A DNA stretch of 63,159 nucleotides, filler included, from Reticulomyxa filosa (GCA_000512085.1; 21 parts of 21 records of this genome joined end to end with filler, not necessarily neighbours in it); one strand, 5' to 3'; positions 1 through 13,582 are shown, counted from the first letter of the whole stretch. The notes: a model not told the origin generated them from the sequence alone. Numbers and translations: made by a program.

Positions 1-62
1 TTTTTTTTTTTTTTTTGTAACAAAAACAAAATTGTTTGATACGTTATCCTATGGTAGCTTGG

Positions 63-97
<35 letters not shown>

Positions 98-175
98 GTG
101 CCTGGTTTTAAAAAAAAAAAAAACAAACAGTTTATTTGAAACACATACATATATAAATACATATACAATATAACA

Positions 176-1234
176 AGAGCAATCCCAACGTTTACGGATT
201 TCTTTCACCGAAAACTCATCCGACTTGGAGAGATTGGATCCAGTAATGTTAAGACCAGTTGTGCAATGTGTTTGTTTTGTGTGAAAGAGAGAGAGAGAGA
301 GAGAGATCGATTGACCTCTTGGAGTGAAAAAGGGGGCATGGCTTGCGATCGATAGACATTGCTGCCTGTCGATTTTATGCACGGTGGGTACTTGGTAAGA
401 ATTCGACCACATTTGGCCGAGTTTTTGTATCAATGTAATCAATGGTATGACGTCGTGTTATTCACTGCCGCCGACGGATCGGTAATTTTGTATTGTTCAC
501 ACGCAAATTGTTTACAAAAAAAAAAGGACTTGACTTGATACATAAACAAATTAAACAAATAAATAAATAAACAAACAAACAAATAATGGACAATGGGAGA
601 TGAGTAAAGGTATACCGCGGGTTGTTAGATCATTTGAACCAATTTTTATGGGAGCAATTGGAACTGGAGAGAAAGGACGAAACGATATCGAAAGACGAAA
701 TAACAATGGAACCCAAGAGATTATGGAAAAATGCCCATTATCGTGACGACTGCGATGTAATGACAGACGAGTTTGGTAGCCCCTATCGTCATAAAAACAT
801 CACGAAATTGGCCGTCGACTTGTCACTCGTTGTTATCGTGGACGACAATCCACTGTCGTATCGAGGCTTTGAGCCCAATGCCATTCGCATTGCTCCTTTT
901 TGGGGGACTTTGTTGCCACCCGATAACGAAGTTTTCTTTGATACCCTCCCTTTATTCACATGTGCCTTTGCATTTTCAATGTATTTGTCTGTGGTGACAC
1001 ACACACACGTACATGTATATATATCCTGATAAGTTGATAGACAAGCTATTGCCCACGTTGCAAACTGTAGCGCATCACAGAGACATACGCTACTTTCTCA
1101 GCGGCTTAGGACCGCCCCCAAACGAATGGACCGACACACCGTCCGATTTTGACGCAGAAGCCGAAGTTGAAACCGAAGCTGAAACTGAAGCTTTTTTTGA
1201 TGAATTTTATTTTAGTTTAATTTTGAAAGTTTGA
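176..1234 (+). CDS. FCP1/SCP-like (NIF/CTDSP family) HAD phosphatase, 5'-partial, multi-exon
   Basis: Exon ~356-480 reads TLLPVDFMHGGYLVRIRPHLAEFLYQCNQWYDVVLFTAADGS. Exon ~610-930 reads VYRGLLDHL...YRDDC...KNITKLAVDLSLVVIVDDNPLSY...PNAIRIAPFWG...DNE. The last exon reads LIDKLLPTL...DIRYFL. These match the FCPH-domain motifs. The DxDxT motif would lie upstream, off the contig. Confidence 0.85.
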
Positions 1235-1403
1235 CCTTTTTTTTTATTTTTTGCTTTGATTTTTGATTTTTGATTTGTTTCGTCTTGCTTTCATTCCCAT
1301 CTAACGCAACCACAGTTTTTGTTGTCCTTGTGTTGTTGTTGTTGTTGTTGTTGCAACTTTGCCTCTTTTGGGAATTGAAACAAAAACATCACTGATTAAA
1401 AAG

Positions 1404-1442
<39 letters not shown>

Positions 1443-1490
1443 AAGGGAAAGCAAAGTGCTAACAAAAGAAATAAACAATTGAATGAATAG

Positions 1491-2748
1491 ATGATTTTGA
1501 ACACGAGGTGAATCGCAAAGTATCCAGCCAGTTTGTAAGTGTATTGTACAACGCAATAAAGAGCTATCTCGAAAGTGATAACGACAGTGTGGACATGCAA
1601 AAGTCGGTGGACTTGACAGCGGAGATGGACGCCGAAATCGAAGCCAATCGACTTGGAAAGACGACGGCTGAACCTCCGGGATTGCACAATAAAGAATTGG
1701 ATGAAAGCAAGAGTAATCCGTTTATGGAAGGCCCTTCACCGACCATGTCACTCAACTCCATTTCCAAATTGCATACTACTCCAATTGTCCCAAATGAAAA
1801 TGCAGTCACTTCGACTTTATGGATAAGTGTGATCACAATGGCACGATGACGACGATGAACAATCTCAAAGACAAAATCCACATTGATATTCCAGACAATG
1901 CTCGTGGCAATGATGGGATGTCTTGGTATCGCGGTCAGAGCGAACAAGCGACGGATACTCCGCCAGTCGCACCTAATCCTCCAACCCTTCAGTTGATCAC
2001 AGGGGCTGCTACCATCTCCACTACTGCACCTACTACTGCCAGTAGCACTACCAATACCACCACAAATAGCACGCCCACACTCAATCAATTGGAAGAGCCC
2101 ATTGCAAACAAGGACATACATTTCCACTTCATTCCTCTTCATCCCAATTCTTCTCTTAGCCATGCCATGCAGAATAATAACGTCGCTATCGACTCAACTC
2201 TTATCACCATTTTGCCGGATACTCCAAGCGAGGACATACAAAGAGAGGAAAAAAAGGAAGACAACCATCCCAACCATTCCAATCCTGCTCAGCCCGGTCC
2301 CGATATCGACACTCTCGTACGGAGAAATAGTGACTCCAAATCTCTTTCCAAACTAAAATATTCGGAGGCAATGGATGACGCAAACAAGGAGTATTATCAA
2401 CACAATAACACCGACTTTATTGTTTCTGCCACTCCCAATGCGCCTGAAAAACCTCATCATGCTAAAAATGCACACCGAGATTTGCTACTGACCAGCGCCG
2501 AAAGAGTCGAGGATGATGATCTTGAAAATCACAGTCATCACCATATCATCTCTGCTGCTACTTCTGTCGCCGAAGCGACGATGCTGAGTAAGAACTCCGC
2601 TTATAAGAAAAAAAAGAATCACAATTTTTTATCAAGCAAAAATTCACATGTCCGACTCGACGCTGCAGAACAACATACTACTGTGTGTAATTGGAGTTTT
2701 TTATGTGGGCTCTTTAAACTAAAACGAACCAAAACGAAAAATCGTTAA
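1491..2748 (+). CDS. Hypothetical disordered protein (possibly the C-terminal extension of the NIF phosphatase)
   Basis: ORFs 1508-1849 and 1819-2748 overlap in different frames and follow an intron-like GA-repeat tract. The product is S/T/N/H-rich and ends CNWSFLCGLFKLKRTKTKNR. Confidence 0.55.
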
Positions 2749-3684
2749 TTAAATAGATAAAATAAAATCGCAATATGAAACACTGAACACAAATTTGTCA
2801 GTATTGTTTAAAATAAAATAAAATAAAATGAAAAGAAACTTTATTTAAATAAGAATTGTTTTGTTTTGGTTTATTGCTACTTTTCTCCTTTTTGTTTCAT
2901 TTACCTTTCTTGGGCTTGCTTTATTTTGTTTTTCTTTGTCACATCTTTGTTTTTGTGTAGACGCTGTGTCTGAATTTTTCTCTTTTTCCTCTCCCCCAAT
3001 TGTCCTCCCCCTCCTTTTCTTATGTACACAGGAGCATTTCTCACTTTCTTTGTCGATGTTTTGAAGCAAAAGTAATTAAAACAATTTGTTCGTATTACAA
3101 AAAGCATTGTAGAAAATTGAAAATAAAAGAAGTTTGATGAAATAATTTCCAGTACATTGAAACGTTACTCATAGATTTTTGAGAAAAGTTAATTTTTCCA
3201 AGTTCTGTAATTTTTTTTAAAGTAATTCTTAGAAACGCAACAATATCGAAGGAAGTCATCCAATTAAGATATGCATCATTTTTAAGTAATAAGAAAATTC
3301 ATATTTTATTGCCGTAACAAATGTCACTTGAAAACTTAGCACAAAAAGTACAAAAAAAAAGTAATAATTTTTTTTCTACAGACACCTTTAGCTTGCAAAA
3401 GCTAAAATTTTCATTAAGTTCGTCATAATACTTTTTGCTTTTCGATCATATTTTCCACCAACTAGTGATTATGTTATTACTAGTTTACAATTCTTTCAAT
3501 TCTTTGATGCTTGTAACGTGTTGTAAGCATGATTTTAGCTGTTGTTTGTATTTCTGAAATTATCTTTGACAATATTGCTATGTTCCAACAAGCTCAAGAT
3601 ATCTAATTGAAAAACCAGTAGTCTAAAAATCAATAAGTAGCTACATTGACTTTCATCAAATTTGAAATTAGCAATGTGCTCCTG

Positions 3685-4251
3685 CCCATATTCACTGACT
3701 TAATACAATGTAAAGTTAGTCACTTGTTCACACGTTCCAGGTCAAAGAGTTTCTGCATCATAACAAACAAAAGAAAAAAACATATGTTTTATATTTAATC
3801 AAAAATTTTAAAAAAGTAATGATGTTTTATGTTTCATTCGAACCTATAGTGTTTCCAGGAGAACCTATCAAAATATACAAAAAGACATTGTAAGAAGATA
3901 TGTTTCGCAAATGCTAACACCTGCATTTTCGCAATGATAATCATTGATAGCTTGATAAAGTTGGCACGTTTCATGAGGAATACCAGTGTCATGTGCATAT
4001 TTGTACACCAAGATTTGAGTACAACCGTTGCACGTTCATATATAATTGTCGTATGTTAAATATCATATAAAAGGTCACATCTCGTCGTACAAGCAAGTAA
4101 CACATAAACGAAATATACAAACAAACAAACCTCCTTCATTTTGATTAATAAAGACTTGATATGACAAATTGATTCCCGGCCACAAGTTTTCTCCTTTTTG
4201 ATAACACAATGTATTAAATCTGTCAATAAGGCTGGATGTTGTATCAAATGC
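3685..4251 (-). pseudogene. Cathepsin Z/X-like (papain family C1A) pseudogene
   Basis: Minus-strand segments read AFDTTSSLIDRFNTL..QKGENLWPGINLSYQVFINQNEG / TCNGCTQILVYKYAHDTGIPHETCQLYQA..CENAGVSICET / TL*PGTCEQVTNFTLY*VSEYGQ, matching the cathepsin Z order (TTSALxDR, LSxQVLIN, YAHxxGIPDETC, VSEYG). There are in-frame TGA/TAA stops and apparently lost GT/AG sites. Confidence 0.85.
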
Positions 4252-5163
4252 TTATTTTCATTTTTTCAAAAAATACAAATGTATAAAAAACATAACTCAA
4301 TAACTACATCAATCTATATATTACTTCACCAGCTCTTGCTCCAACATTAGGATCACTTACATGTACATTAGCATATATTCTTAATCAAGATCAATACTCA
4401 TGTGTAGTAGAAGCTCCTACTATATAGATAGAATCGTTAAAGTGGCTGATGAACTACCGGTGGGTTAAACTTTTACTAACACTTTTCACTAACTAGTGTT
4501 TTCTTTTCTCGTTTTAGTCTGGTGTTTCGGTGTAATCATTTCCACACATTTATTTTCTTTTTCTTTATTTAATCTTTTTTCGTTGATACTTGCTCAAAAG
4601 AGCTAATTAACCTTTCGTATTACATTTAGTGTAATATTTCATCAGCAGCATACTCCCACACATGCTCAACCAAAAATGCATAAGCTGTACTAGATAAAAT
4701 ATTGAAAAGATTTTATGATAAGTTATTTTTTAAAAAAGAGTTTGATTTATGTTTGATATAAATGTAAATATATCTATCAATGAAGCTTGCTTTCCTCATG
4801 CATAGAGTAGTCGGTTTCTAGTGTTTTGGCCTTCCCGTTAAAAAAGAATAAGCTCAAAATTTGAAAATTTTGTATTAATTAGTAAGTAAAAAATTATTAA
4901 ACCTCGTCTCTTTGTGATATGTCGCAAAGATTGAGTGTATTATTGATTGATTATTTTTGTTTGAGTGATGTATCTTTCTTTTCAATTCTATTTTTTTAAA
5001 TCAATTTAATTGTATTTTACGCATCTAAAAAAAAAGGAACATTCAAATGTACTTGTCTATGTGAGAAAAACTTAACTGACGTTTTGTCCCCAACGAATCT
5101 CCATTTTTCTTTAGATCATTTCTGCGATATACATAATATATATAACTCAATTATCAATTAATC

Positions 5164-6431
5164 ATGGCAAGTCAATTACTTGATTTTTTGATCTTTTTCA
5201 TGTCGTTATCCGTCTAACTGCTAGTTTTTTGTGTGTATGTGACAGTCGATATCCAAAACAAGCAAAATGTTAAACTTTATAAATTATCGAATGCGTGTGA
5301 CCATTCAAGACTCTCGCCAATTGGTGGGGACATTTATGGCATTCGACAAGCACATGAACCTTGTCTTAGGCGATTGTATGGAGTACAGAAAAGTGAAAGG
5401 CAAAAAAGGCGAAGGTGATGCTGTTTTTTGTAACACACATACAACAACCATGAACTAAAAGAAACTATCTGTATTTGTGTGTATGTCTTTTTTTTTTACT
5501 TTCTGCTGTCCATTATTCGCGGAAAATACGTTCAATCTTCTCCGATATGTTACTCTCTGACATTCACGTCGAACGATAGGACAACGAGTGGAAAAAAGGA
5601 CATTAGGTTTAGTCTTGTTGCGCGGAGAAACAGTCGTTTGTATGCAGATTGAAGCCCAGCCCCCACAAAAGCCTCGAACAGGAACTGCAGGGAAAGGTGG
5701 GTCAGGAGTGGCAAGACCAACAGGAAGGCCATTACCCGCCACACCTTTAACAGGGGCACCAGCAGGTATGAACACTTTGAACATACCTTCACCAAATTTT
5801 TTTTTTTTTTTTGTCCCAAATTTTTCTCTCTTGCTTTTTGTGATTCGAAATCGCGTTGGTTTTTTTTTTTTTTTGGATAAATGAAAATAAAAATAAAAAG
5901 CATACATTTTTAAACTCCGAACTATCTGTTGAACCAAGGGTTTTTTTTCTCTTTGTTCTTCTCATTCTTCTCCCACCTGAAAACATTCTTGTCTGTTCTT
6001 CTATGTTTTTTTTTTTTCCTTTTGGGAAATGAAAGTTGTCTGGGCCAATACGGTTGAGAAATTATCGCGGTTGGACAAGCGATTTGCGTGAGGAGTAACC
6101 AACGGTTGATTTTTTTTGTTGTGATGTAGGATTGGGTGCGCCAATAGCAGGTGCTGCTGGACCGCAAGGACAAATGATGCAACCACAAGTGATACAACAG
6201 CCACCCAGACCAATTCCAGGAGGATTGGGCGGAATGCCTCCACCTGGCACTTCGTTGTTACATCCAGGACTTACCGGAAGTATCCCTGCTCCTCCAGGAG
6301 TGGGCCTCCCTCCTCCAGGAATGCCCGTGCCACAAATGCCACCAGGAATGCGCCCTGGAATGCCGCCCATGGGAATGCCTCCAACAATGCGCCCTCCTGG
6401 ACCTTTGGGACAACAGAGACCTCCTTTTTAA
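5164..6431 (+). CDS. SNRPB: Small nuclear ribonucleoprotein SmB/B'
   Basis: Exons 5164-5166, 5246-5414, 5580-5765 and 6130-6431 give MSISKTSKMLNFINYRMRVTIQDSRQLVGTFMAFDKHMNLVLGDC...EKRTLGLVLLRGETVV followed by a Pro/Gly/Met-rich PPPGMRP tail. Confidence 0.97.
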
Positions 6432-6839
6432 CAAACTCCATTGTTTATCGTTTTTTTTGTGCTACATCAGTCGTTTCATACATTGATTCTTTATTCACTG
6501 ATGTGCGGGCTTTTATCTATTGTTTTTATCCGTGTATTACCCCCCTTCTCAAAGAAAATTATTCGTTCTCTTTTGAAAGCTTGCTCTCTCTGATTCTTCA
6601 AAGGTTTTAAGCCTGATCACAACATTGCTTTCATTTTTCTCAGTCAATATTTTTCAATAGAAATAATTTTAAAATGTGAATTAATTTAAACATTTTTTTC
6701 GTAAGACGGGGAAAAAAATAAGTAAATTATCGATCACTGTAATATCAGAAAATAAAATATTTCGCATCTTTTTTTAATATATGGTTTCAAATAATCCTCC
6801 CTTGGTGATTATGATTTGCCAGAGTGACGTCGAGCAATT

Positions 6840-9800
6840 TGTTTTGATGCACACCACATTCAACTAATATGGAAAACTGCTTGGAAAAAAATGATGTATC
6901 GAGGAAAAGACGGACATATCTTGAAAACAAACAAAATCCAACGGATGATACAAGTTTAGACGAATCCTTGGATAGAATTACATTGGCAGTTTAGTTACAA
7001 TTTTTTGCAAGTTATCGTATTTATCATACTTTGCTGTGTTTTATACAACCCTCTCCAGACCGTGAATTGCCATAGAAGACAATGGCTTCTGCGACAAATA
7101 ATTAGCATACTAATTAAAAACTATCAACATCATAAAAAAGTTATTTCTTTATGATAAAACGCCTTTTTAATCGAATTACAATCCAGCAAACATTACAATT
7201 AGATTTGGCAGCTAAAAATTGTTTTAAGGACGAAAGTATATCACTGGAGAAAAAAAGTGGCGATATTGTTGTGGTTAAAGCAGACCAAATCTGTACAAAA
7301 ACATTGCAAAAATGATTTTGATATTTATCCCGTTACAGCTAATAAACAACTTAAATTTCAAACAATCAATAAATGGAATATTTATTGTCAAAAGCGGTTT
7401 GACTCTCAAAGTCAATTGCTGAAAGCACAAATCTTACAAAAGTTACTTTTCATTAAACACAAATTATAATTTCATGTTGAAAGGAAAACTTTTGCTTAGA
7501 CCAAAAATTAATGTGGCTGACTGTAAACAGTTTATATAATAAAAAATTACTTATTCGTAAGTGGCACAAAGTTGCAAGTACTCTCCAAAAGCGGCGAGAT
7601 TTGTTCATGATTGTGAGAAGTAATAGCCTTAAAAACTGTGTACGAACAAGTATTAATAAGTTTAGTCAGTTTCGGAGAAGTAAGTCTCGAAATACATTTT
7701 GTCTTACAAAACAGATGGTCCAGGGCTCATCAATACAATTTGTTAATTCCAGAACTGAAACATTTGTTGGAACAGTTCGCGCTTAGGTTGTACCCTTGCA
7801 AGTTTTTTAACATTTGGTCGAACAGCTACGAAAAAAGGCAAGCACAAAGACAACAAGCAATAAAGATTTATGAATACAGTATGATCAAAAAAGTATTCAA
7901 AATTATGTTTAGCATATGCTTAAGCAATCAAAAAAGACAAAAAAAATTGGACGAGATAACTAAGCATTGGAATAACAAAAAGTCTAAATTGAGGTTTATA
8001 ATTTGCAATTGGCAACTATATATGAAAAATAAAAAATCTCTCCGAAATACGGAACGACAAAATATGCTCAAGCAACTGAAACAGGTTTTTGAGTTATTTT
8101 ATATGGTTTGATTCAGTAATATGGCACTGTATAGTTTATGCAAGACTTTTGAACTTTTTAACTTTTACAGACGCAGTGTTTAACGATCTGGCAAGAATAT
8201 AACACTCAAGTGACCAAATTACAACGAAAATGTATGCTCATTGAGATCACACGCTGTAAAGATATCTTTCTGGAATGGAAGCAATTATTGCATTTGAACA
8301 CTCAAGCTCGGCATTTTCGATTAAACATAGAGCTGCACAGATGGCATTACTGTGTTGCACATAGGAAAAAACAGCAACAAAAAAACACCATTGTAATTCG
8401 GCGTGTACTTTTTATTAAAATATCACAATACTGTATCACTGGGCCGGCTTGACACAGTTATGTTTGGCGTTAAAGGAAAAGTACCACGTGGCCATATACC
8501 ACAGTGCGGCAAAGTACTTTAAAGTATGGATGCTTGTTGTTGTTAAAGCCAAACACAATCGTTTCAATTTTCTTCAAGTTAAGCAATTAGATTTGTTTTT
8601 TTTAATATATAAAGAGGAACATTTTTTTTTGAATTGGTGTTTATAAGGTAAAAAAAGTTCAGCTTCAAAAACACTTACAAAACGCTTACAAAGCGTGGAA
8701 ATTGAATTGGATCCATTCTTTACACCAAGTTTTGCTTAAAAATTTGTTATCCAATATTTCCTTGAAATTTCAATAATTATATTACTTTTCTTGAATAAAG
8801 GGATACTTGAACCAGCTGTCTTGCAAACATCAAATGTCAAAATGTTTTGTGAAATGGCAGTTTTCCATGGTATTATTTAAAAAAAGGTAGGCAATAGTTG
8901 TGATAAAAATATTCACCTTGTATACCTTTGTATTCCATGCATTTTATTATTTTTTAGTTGTTTTAAGAGAAAGAATTGTTTAAATAGAGCTAAATTATTT
9001 CGAAAAATTCGTTGGAATAAATTGAATAAATATTTTATGAAATGGAAGATGTTGTTTGATAAACTTAATGGCATTTTATTTGAGCACAAAGAGCATAACA
9101 TATTTCCATGCTATCACCCTTTAATGAAACGTTACTTTAAAAAATGGATTAGAGAATATATTATAAAAAATTTTCGCCAAAAACATAAGTTAACGTGGTA
9201 AAAAAGCATTTACAATATTCTTTTGAAAAAAAAGAAAGTATTTAAAATATAAACCTTCAGAGCTCAAAAGAGAAAGTATTTGTTCAATTACTGGCATGTG
9301 GTTACTCAGATAAAAATACAATCTCTGAAACGAGTGCAAAAGAATCAAGCAAAAGCACAAATTTGGGGATCTTTCAGTGCATGGCACATGACAGTGGTCC
9401 ATGTAAAAAAACAAAATTATAAGGCAATCTGTTTGTGGTATTCACAAATGCAATCCAACCACTTTATTGTTAGTCCTCAAAAAATTGTTTTCGTTTTGGT
9501 TTTGTTTCGTCTCTTTAGAGGTAGTCTTGTTTGGTGCAACTACAGTGTTGGAAACAGTATGTTATCACCGAAAATCAAAAAAGAAATTTCATACAACGTA
9601 TAATCGCTGATATTGTTTCAAAGAGTATTCGTATATCAATATCAAAAGAAAAAAGAAAAAAGCCCATGTTCAGGGCCTTTCTAAAAACAAAAAAGGAGGT
9701 CAGGCCCCTCTTTCAACGTTTAGTTTGTACGCGTACAGCAACTTGTCGCGTGAATTTTTTGTGAGAACCCCTCCGAGAATACCCTGTGAACTACTTGGCG

Positions 9801-10075
9801 AAACTGGATTCAACAATGATGAGGTTGACACAATGTGGGAATCAAAGTTGAAAAATATGAAGAAATTTTCAAAAGCATTGTTAGATGAGCAGATAGTTTT
9901 TCAATCAAAATGCAAGTCGTATTTAAAGGGGTTGTTAGAAGATAATAAAAGCGACGATTGCTTATTAGAGGACATTATGGCGTTTATGCAACAAAAAAAA
10001 GATCGACAACATAAAATATTTTATTTTACCAGACAAATCCAAAGTTTGCATCACCTTTTAGGTTTTTTACATTAA
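6840..10075 (+). CDS. Sfi1-like centrin-binding repeat protein (many short exons)
   Basis: Basic, Trp-rich helical repeats of the A-x7-LL-x3-F-x2-W type recur (KFFNIWS, KDIFLEWK, AAKYFKVWM, NKYFMKWK, WGSFSAWH). The exon structure is not fully resolved. Confidence 0.55.
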
Positions 10076-11004
10076 AATTTTTTCTTTTGAAACGCCTTTA
10101 AAAAATGAGACATCTACAAGTTTTCAATCTTTGGGGCTTGTGTTTGAAATTAACAGGACAAATACGTGATAAAGACACTATCGTGTCATAATACATTTAT
10201 CATAGACTTTTGCAATAAAAGTGAAAGTTTATAATCTTTGTGCTTCTAGTCTTTTTGTGACTGAAGTGTCAGTATGTTCGATATTTTGAATATTTTGTTA
10301 TGAAGGCTCAGGTTATTTGTTGAATTTATTGCACTTGGTGTTTTCCTCTGCCTTTTTTTCCCGCTGGGGCGACAAAAAAAAACTGCTTTGAAAAAAGTAC
10401 AACCCCATCAACGATTTTTTCTGACCCAAAGAAACAAGAAGTACAAACCATATTAGAAAAGGTAGCCACAATACAAACCAATAACAAAAAACTGAATCTA
10501 GAAAAATCGTTTCGTGACATTTTTGTCTTTTGAAAAGAGTCAAAAAAGGAAACAAAAAAGAAAAAGCAAACAAAAAAAAAACGTACAAATAAATTAAAAA
10601 AAAAAAGAAAAGCAAACAAGAATAAGGGGACAAGAGGCAGGGAACAACAACAAAAACCTGGTGCTCAAAAACGAGAAAATAAAAAGAAATGAGTGAACAG
10701 AAAAAAAAAAAGGGGACAGTCCGCACACATTCCCAAAAAAAAAAAAAACAAACAAAAAAAAAAATTAAAAATAAAGAAGTTGTATAAATATCACACAGTA
10801 AATTCAATCAACACATGGACAATATTGTTTCCAAAGGTGGGAGGAAAAAGAAAGAGGGGAAAGGAAAAAAAAATAAAATAAAAATAAGTATTTGGGGTAA
10901 AAAAAAAAAAGGCTAACGCACACCAAAAAAAGAAGTGTGTGACAATCATTTGGTTTGGTTTTCCGAGTGTACATCACTGCTATCATCTTCCACGTATCTC
11001 TTAA

Positions 11005-13370
11005 TCACAACAACCTTCCTTTTTTTTTGGTGCCATTTTCGACGCGTTTTTTGACGTGATGACTTTTCTTGGGCGGCTTTGCAGCACGACGGGACTGGCC
11101 AAAGTTGTTTTCACGATCTTCGGGTATATTTTCGAGTTCTTCTTCTCGACGTCTTCCTCTTTGATTGTTGTTGTTGCTATTGTTGTTAATATCGTCATCA
11201 TCTCCTTGTTCGTCATCCTCTTCGTCCTCGTCTTCCTCATCGTCGTCGTTTTTATTACGTCCATGATGTATTGGACTATGGCCATAAATCGGACAGTGGT
11301 AAAGGACGGGAACTTGTTGCATTCCAATAGGTATGGCTGGTCCCTGACTGACTCGAATAGGATAGCCTTGTCCTTGCCCCTGTCCTTCTCCTCCATCACA
11401 TCCTCCTCTCCTTCTTCTTCCTCCTCGTCCCCCTTCTCCTCCTCTTCCTTCCTCTCTTCCGGCCATTCCTCCGTAATCATCATTTCCTTGTGTCGAATAA
11501 ATTACTCGCGACGGCTGTGCTCCTGGCATTGCAGTCGAAAGTGCAGGCATTCCAGCAATCGCAGCGGTAGCGCCAGTGGCATTAGCCGTGGCGCCATGAG
11601 TCATTGCGAAAGCACGTTTCCGAGCGGCGGAAGAAGAAGAAGAAGAAGAAGGCATTGGAATACCTTGCGTCGCATACCCATTCACGTTTACTCCAACTGC
11701 AAAGCCGGAAGGATAGCTCCCGATCCCAACTCCTTTGGGCAAAGGTGAATAGAACAGACCATGATTCGTCGATTGTACGACTGAAGGGTGAAACGAATAG
11801 ATTACATTATTGGCTGTATACACATTTTGCATTGGTGTCGCTTGCAAGTGTTGCGGATACATTGACACTTGCAAGTTTTCGATTTGGACATTGCGCTATT
11901 TATTCCATTTGCAATTGGCATATACATATGCATACATATGTATATGTATATGTATACATTATATGTGTATATGTTAACGAATACATACTCGTAATATTGT
12001 GGTTATGATACATAACAACCTCAAGCAACAATGAACACAAGCAAAACAGCAAAACATACCGCTTTCAACGTTTTGATAGTCCAATCGAATTGTCCATCGT
12101 CAACAAACTGATTCTTTTGGAACAGCATGCGAAACAATCCTCGCAGATATTGGTAATTGGGACAATGGTCGAATTCCAACTCTCGACAGTACTTTAAATA
12201 TGCTGCAAACTCTTCCGGCAACCCTTCGCACAATTGCTCGATTGTGGTTTTTTGTTTCACTGTCGCTATGCGATCATACTTTGCTTCTTTTGTTTTCGCC
12301 TTTGCCATTTTTTTTTTTTTTTGTGTGTGTATGTATTCGTAAATTTGTGGATATTTCTAAATTTTTTTTTTGTAAAAGAAATTGTAATAATGATGAACTT
12401 TCAAGCCTTGCCAAGGCAATTTCCCTTGCTTCGCAAAGTACAGTAAGACATAGCCAATCGTTTCCAGGTCATCCCTTCGGGCTTGTTCATATCCCAAATG
12501 AGTGCTCACGCTTGCGTAACGTGCAGTTCCAATGAGTGACTTTCCTTTCACAAAAGGAATGTGCTCTTTTGTTTTAGGGATGATATACCGCTTGGCTAAA
12601 CCAAAGTCTATCACAAAAACCTTTTTTTTTTTAAATGAAAGGGAGAGGGGAAAAAAAACACACACAATTTTATTAAGTCATTATAATTTCATGTACATAT
12701 CAATGCTCTCCTCTCTCTTTTTCTCTTCCGTTTCGATCAATTGACCTCTTTTGCCCCCCCCCCTCCCCTTCCTCCTGATTGTACAGTCCATACGCAAACA
12801 AAACTGTATTGAAGTGCTCGTGCAGTCCAATCAAAAAATTATCTGGTTTGATGTCTCGGTGAATGAATTGATGTGAATGCACTTGTTCAATTCTTTCCAA
12901 CTTTTTTTCAAAAAAAAAAAAAAAGATTTTTTTTAAATTTTTTTTATTTTTTTTTTGTGCCAAAAAAAACACAAAAAAAAACACCCTGTTTTAAAGGAGG
13001 CTCATTATTTTTTTTGTAATTTTACCATTTGATCTGCCAACATGCAAATAGTCTTTAGCGAAAAACGTCGACCACAATAATTAAATAAATCTTCCAAACT
13101 TGGTCCTAACATCTGCATTATCAACACGTTGAAGTCTCCTTCTCTGCCGTACCATTTCACAGACGGTACGCCCAGAGTCCCTTTCAGGTGTTTATAGATT
13201 TTGTATTCGTATTGAAGCTGTGGACATCGTGTGTCCGCTTTTTCCAATTTTATTGCAACTGTTTCCCCGCTTGTCATGTGCTTGCCTTCGTGAATAATTC
13301 CAAAACTCCCGTTCCCAACTTTCCCACCCAACAAATATTGTCCATCACCTACTTGAATTTCGAATGTCAT
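11005..13370 (-). CDS. CSNK1: Casein kinase I with a long low-complexity C-terminal tail
   Basis: Motifs [89 protein letters not shown] and FDWT lie across five exons. The last exon, 11005-~11877, encodes the tail. Confidence 0.97.
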
Positions 13371-13582
13371 GATTGTTTTAACAAATGTTACAGTACGACG
13401 GTCGTAAGTATTAATCAAAAAATACCATTTGTTAATTGAATTTTCGTGTCTTTGTTCAACGTTGTCGGGGTCTTCTCTGTTTGTTATTTGCTGACCAGAA
13501 TTAGTGTTTTAAACTTGAGTATAAGCCACTTCTTGTTCTCTGGTGTGTTTCTACTATGATTTGTTGTATGGGACGTCAGCTG

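Noticed and set aside
4300-4850. Short coding-like minus-strand segments (e.g. VSDPNVGARAGEVI)
   Set aside because: Too short and stop-ridden to assign to a family.
10313-10986. Phe-rich 'membrane protein' ORFs (also 2861-3064, 18413-18786 and 57510-57713)
   Set aside because: These are T-rich 3' UTR or intergenic sequence read as codons.
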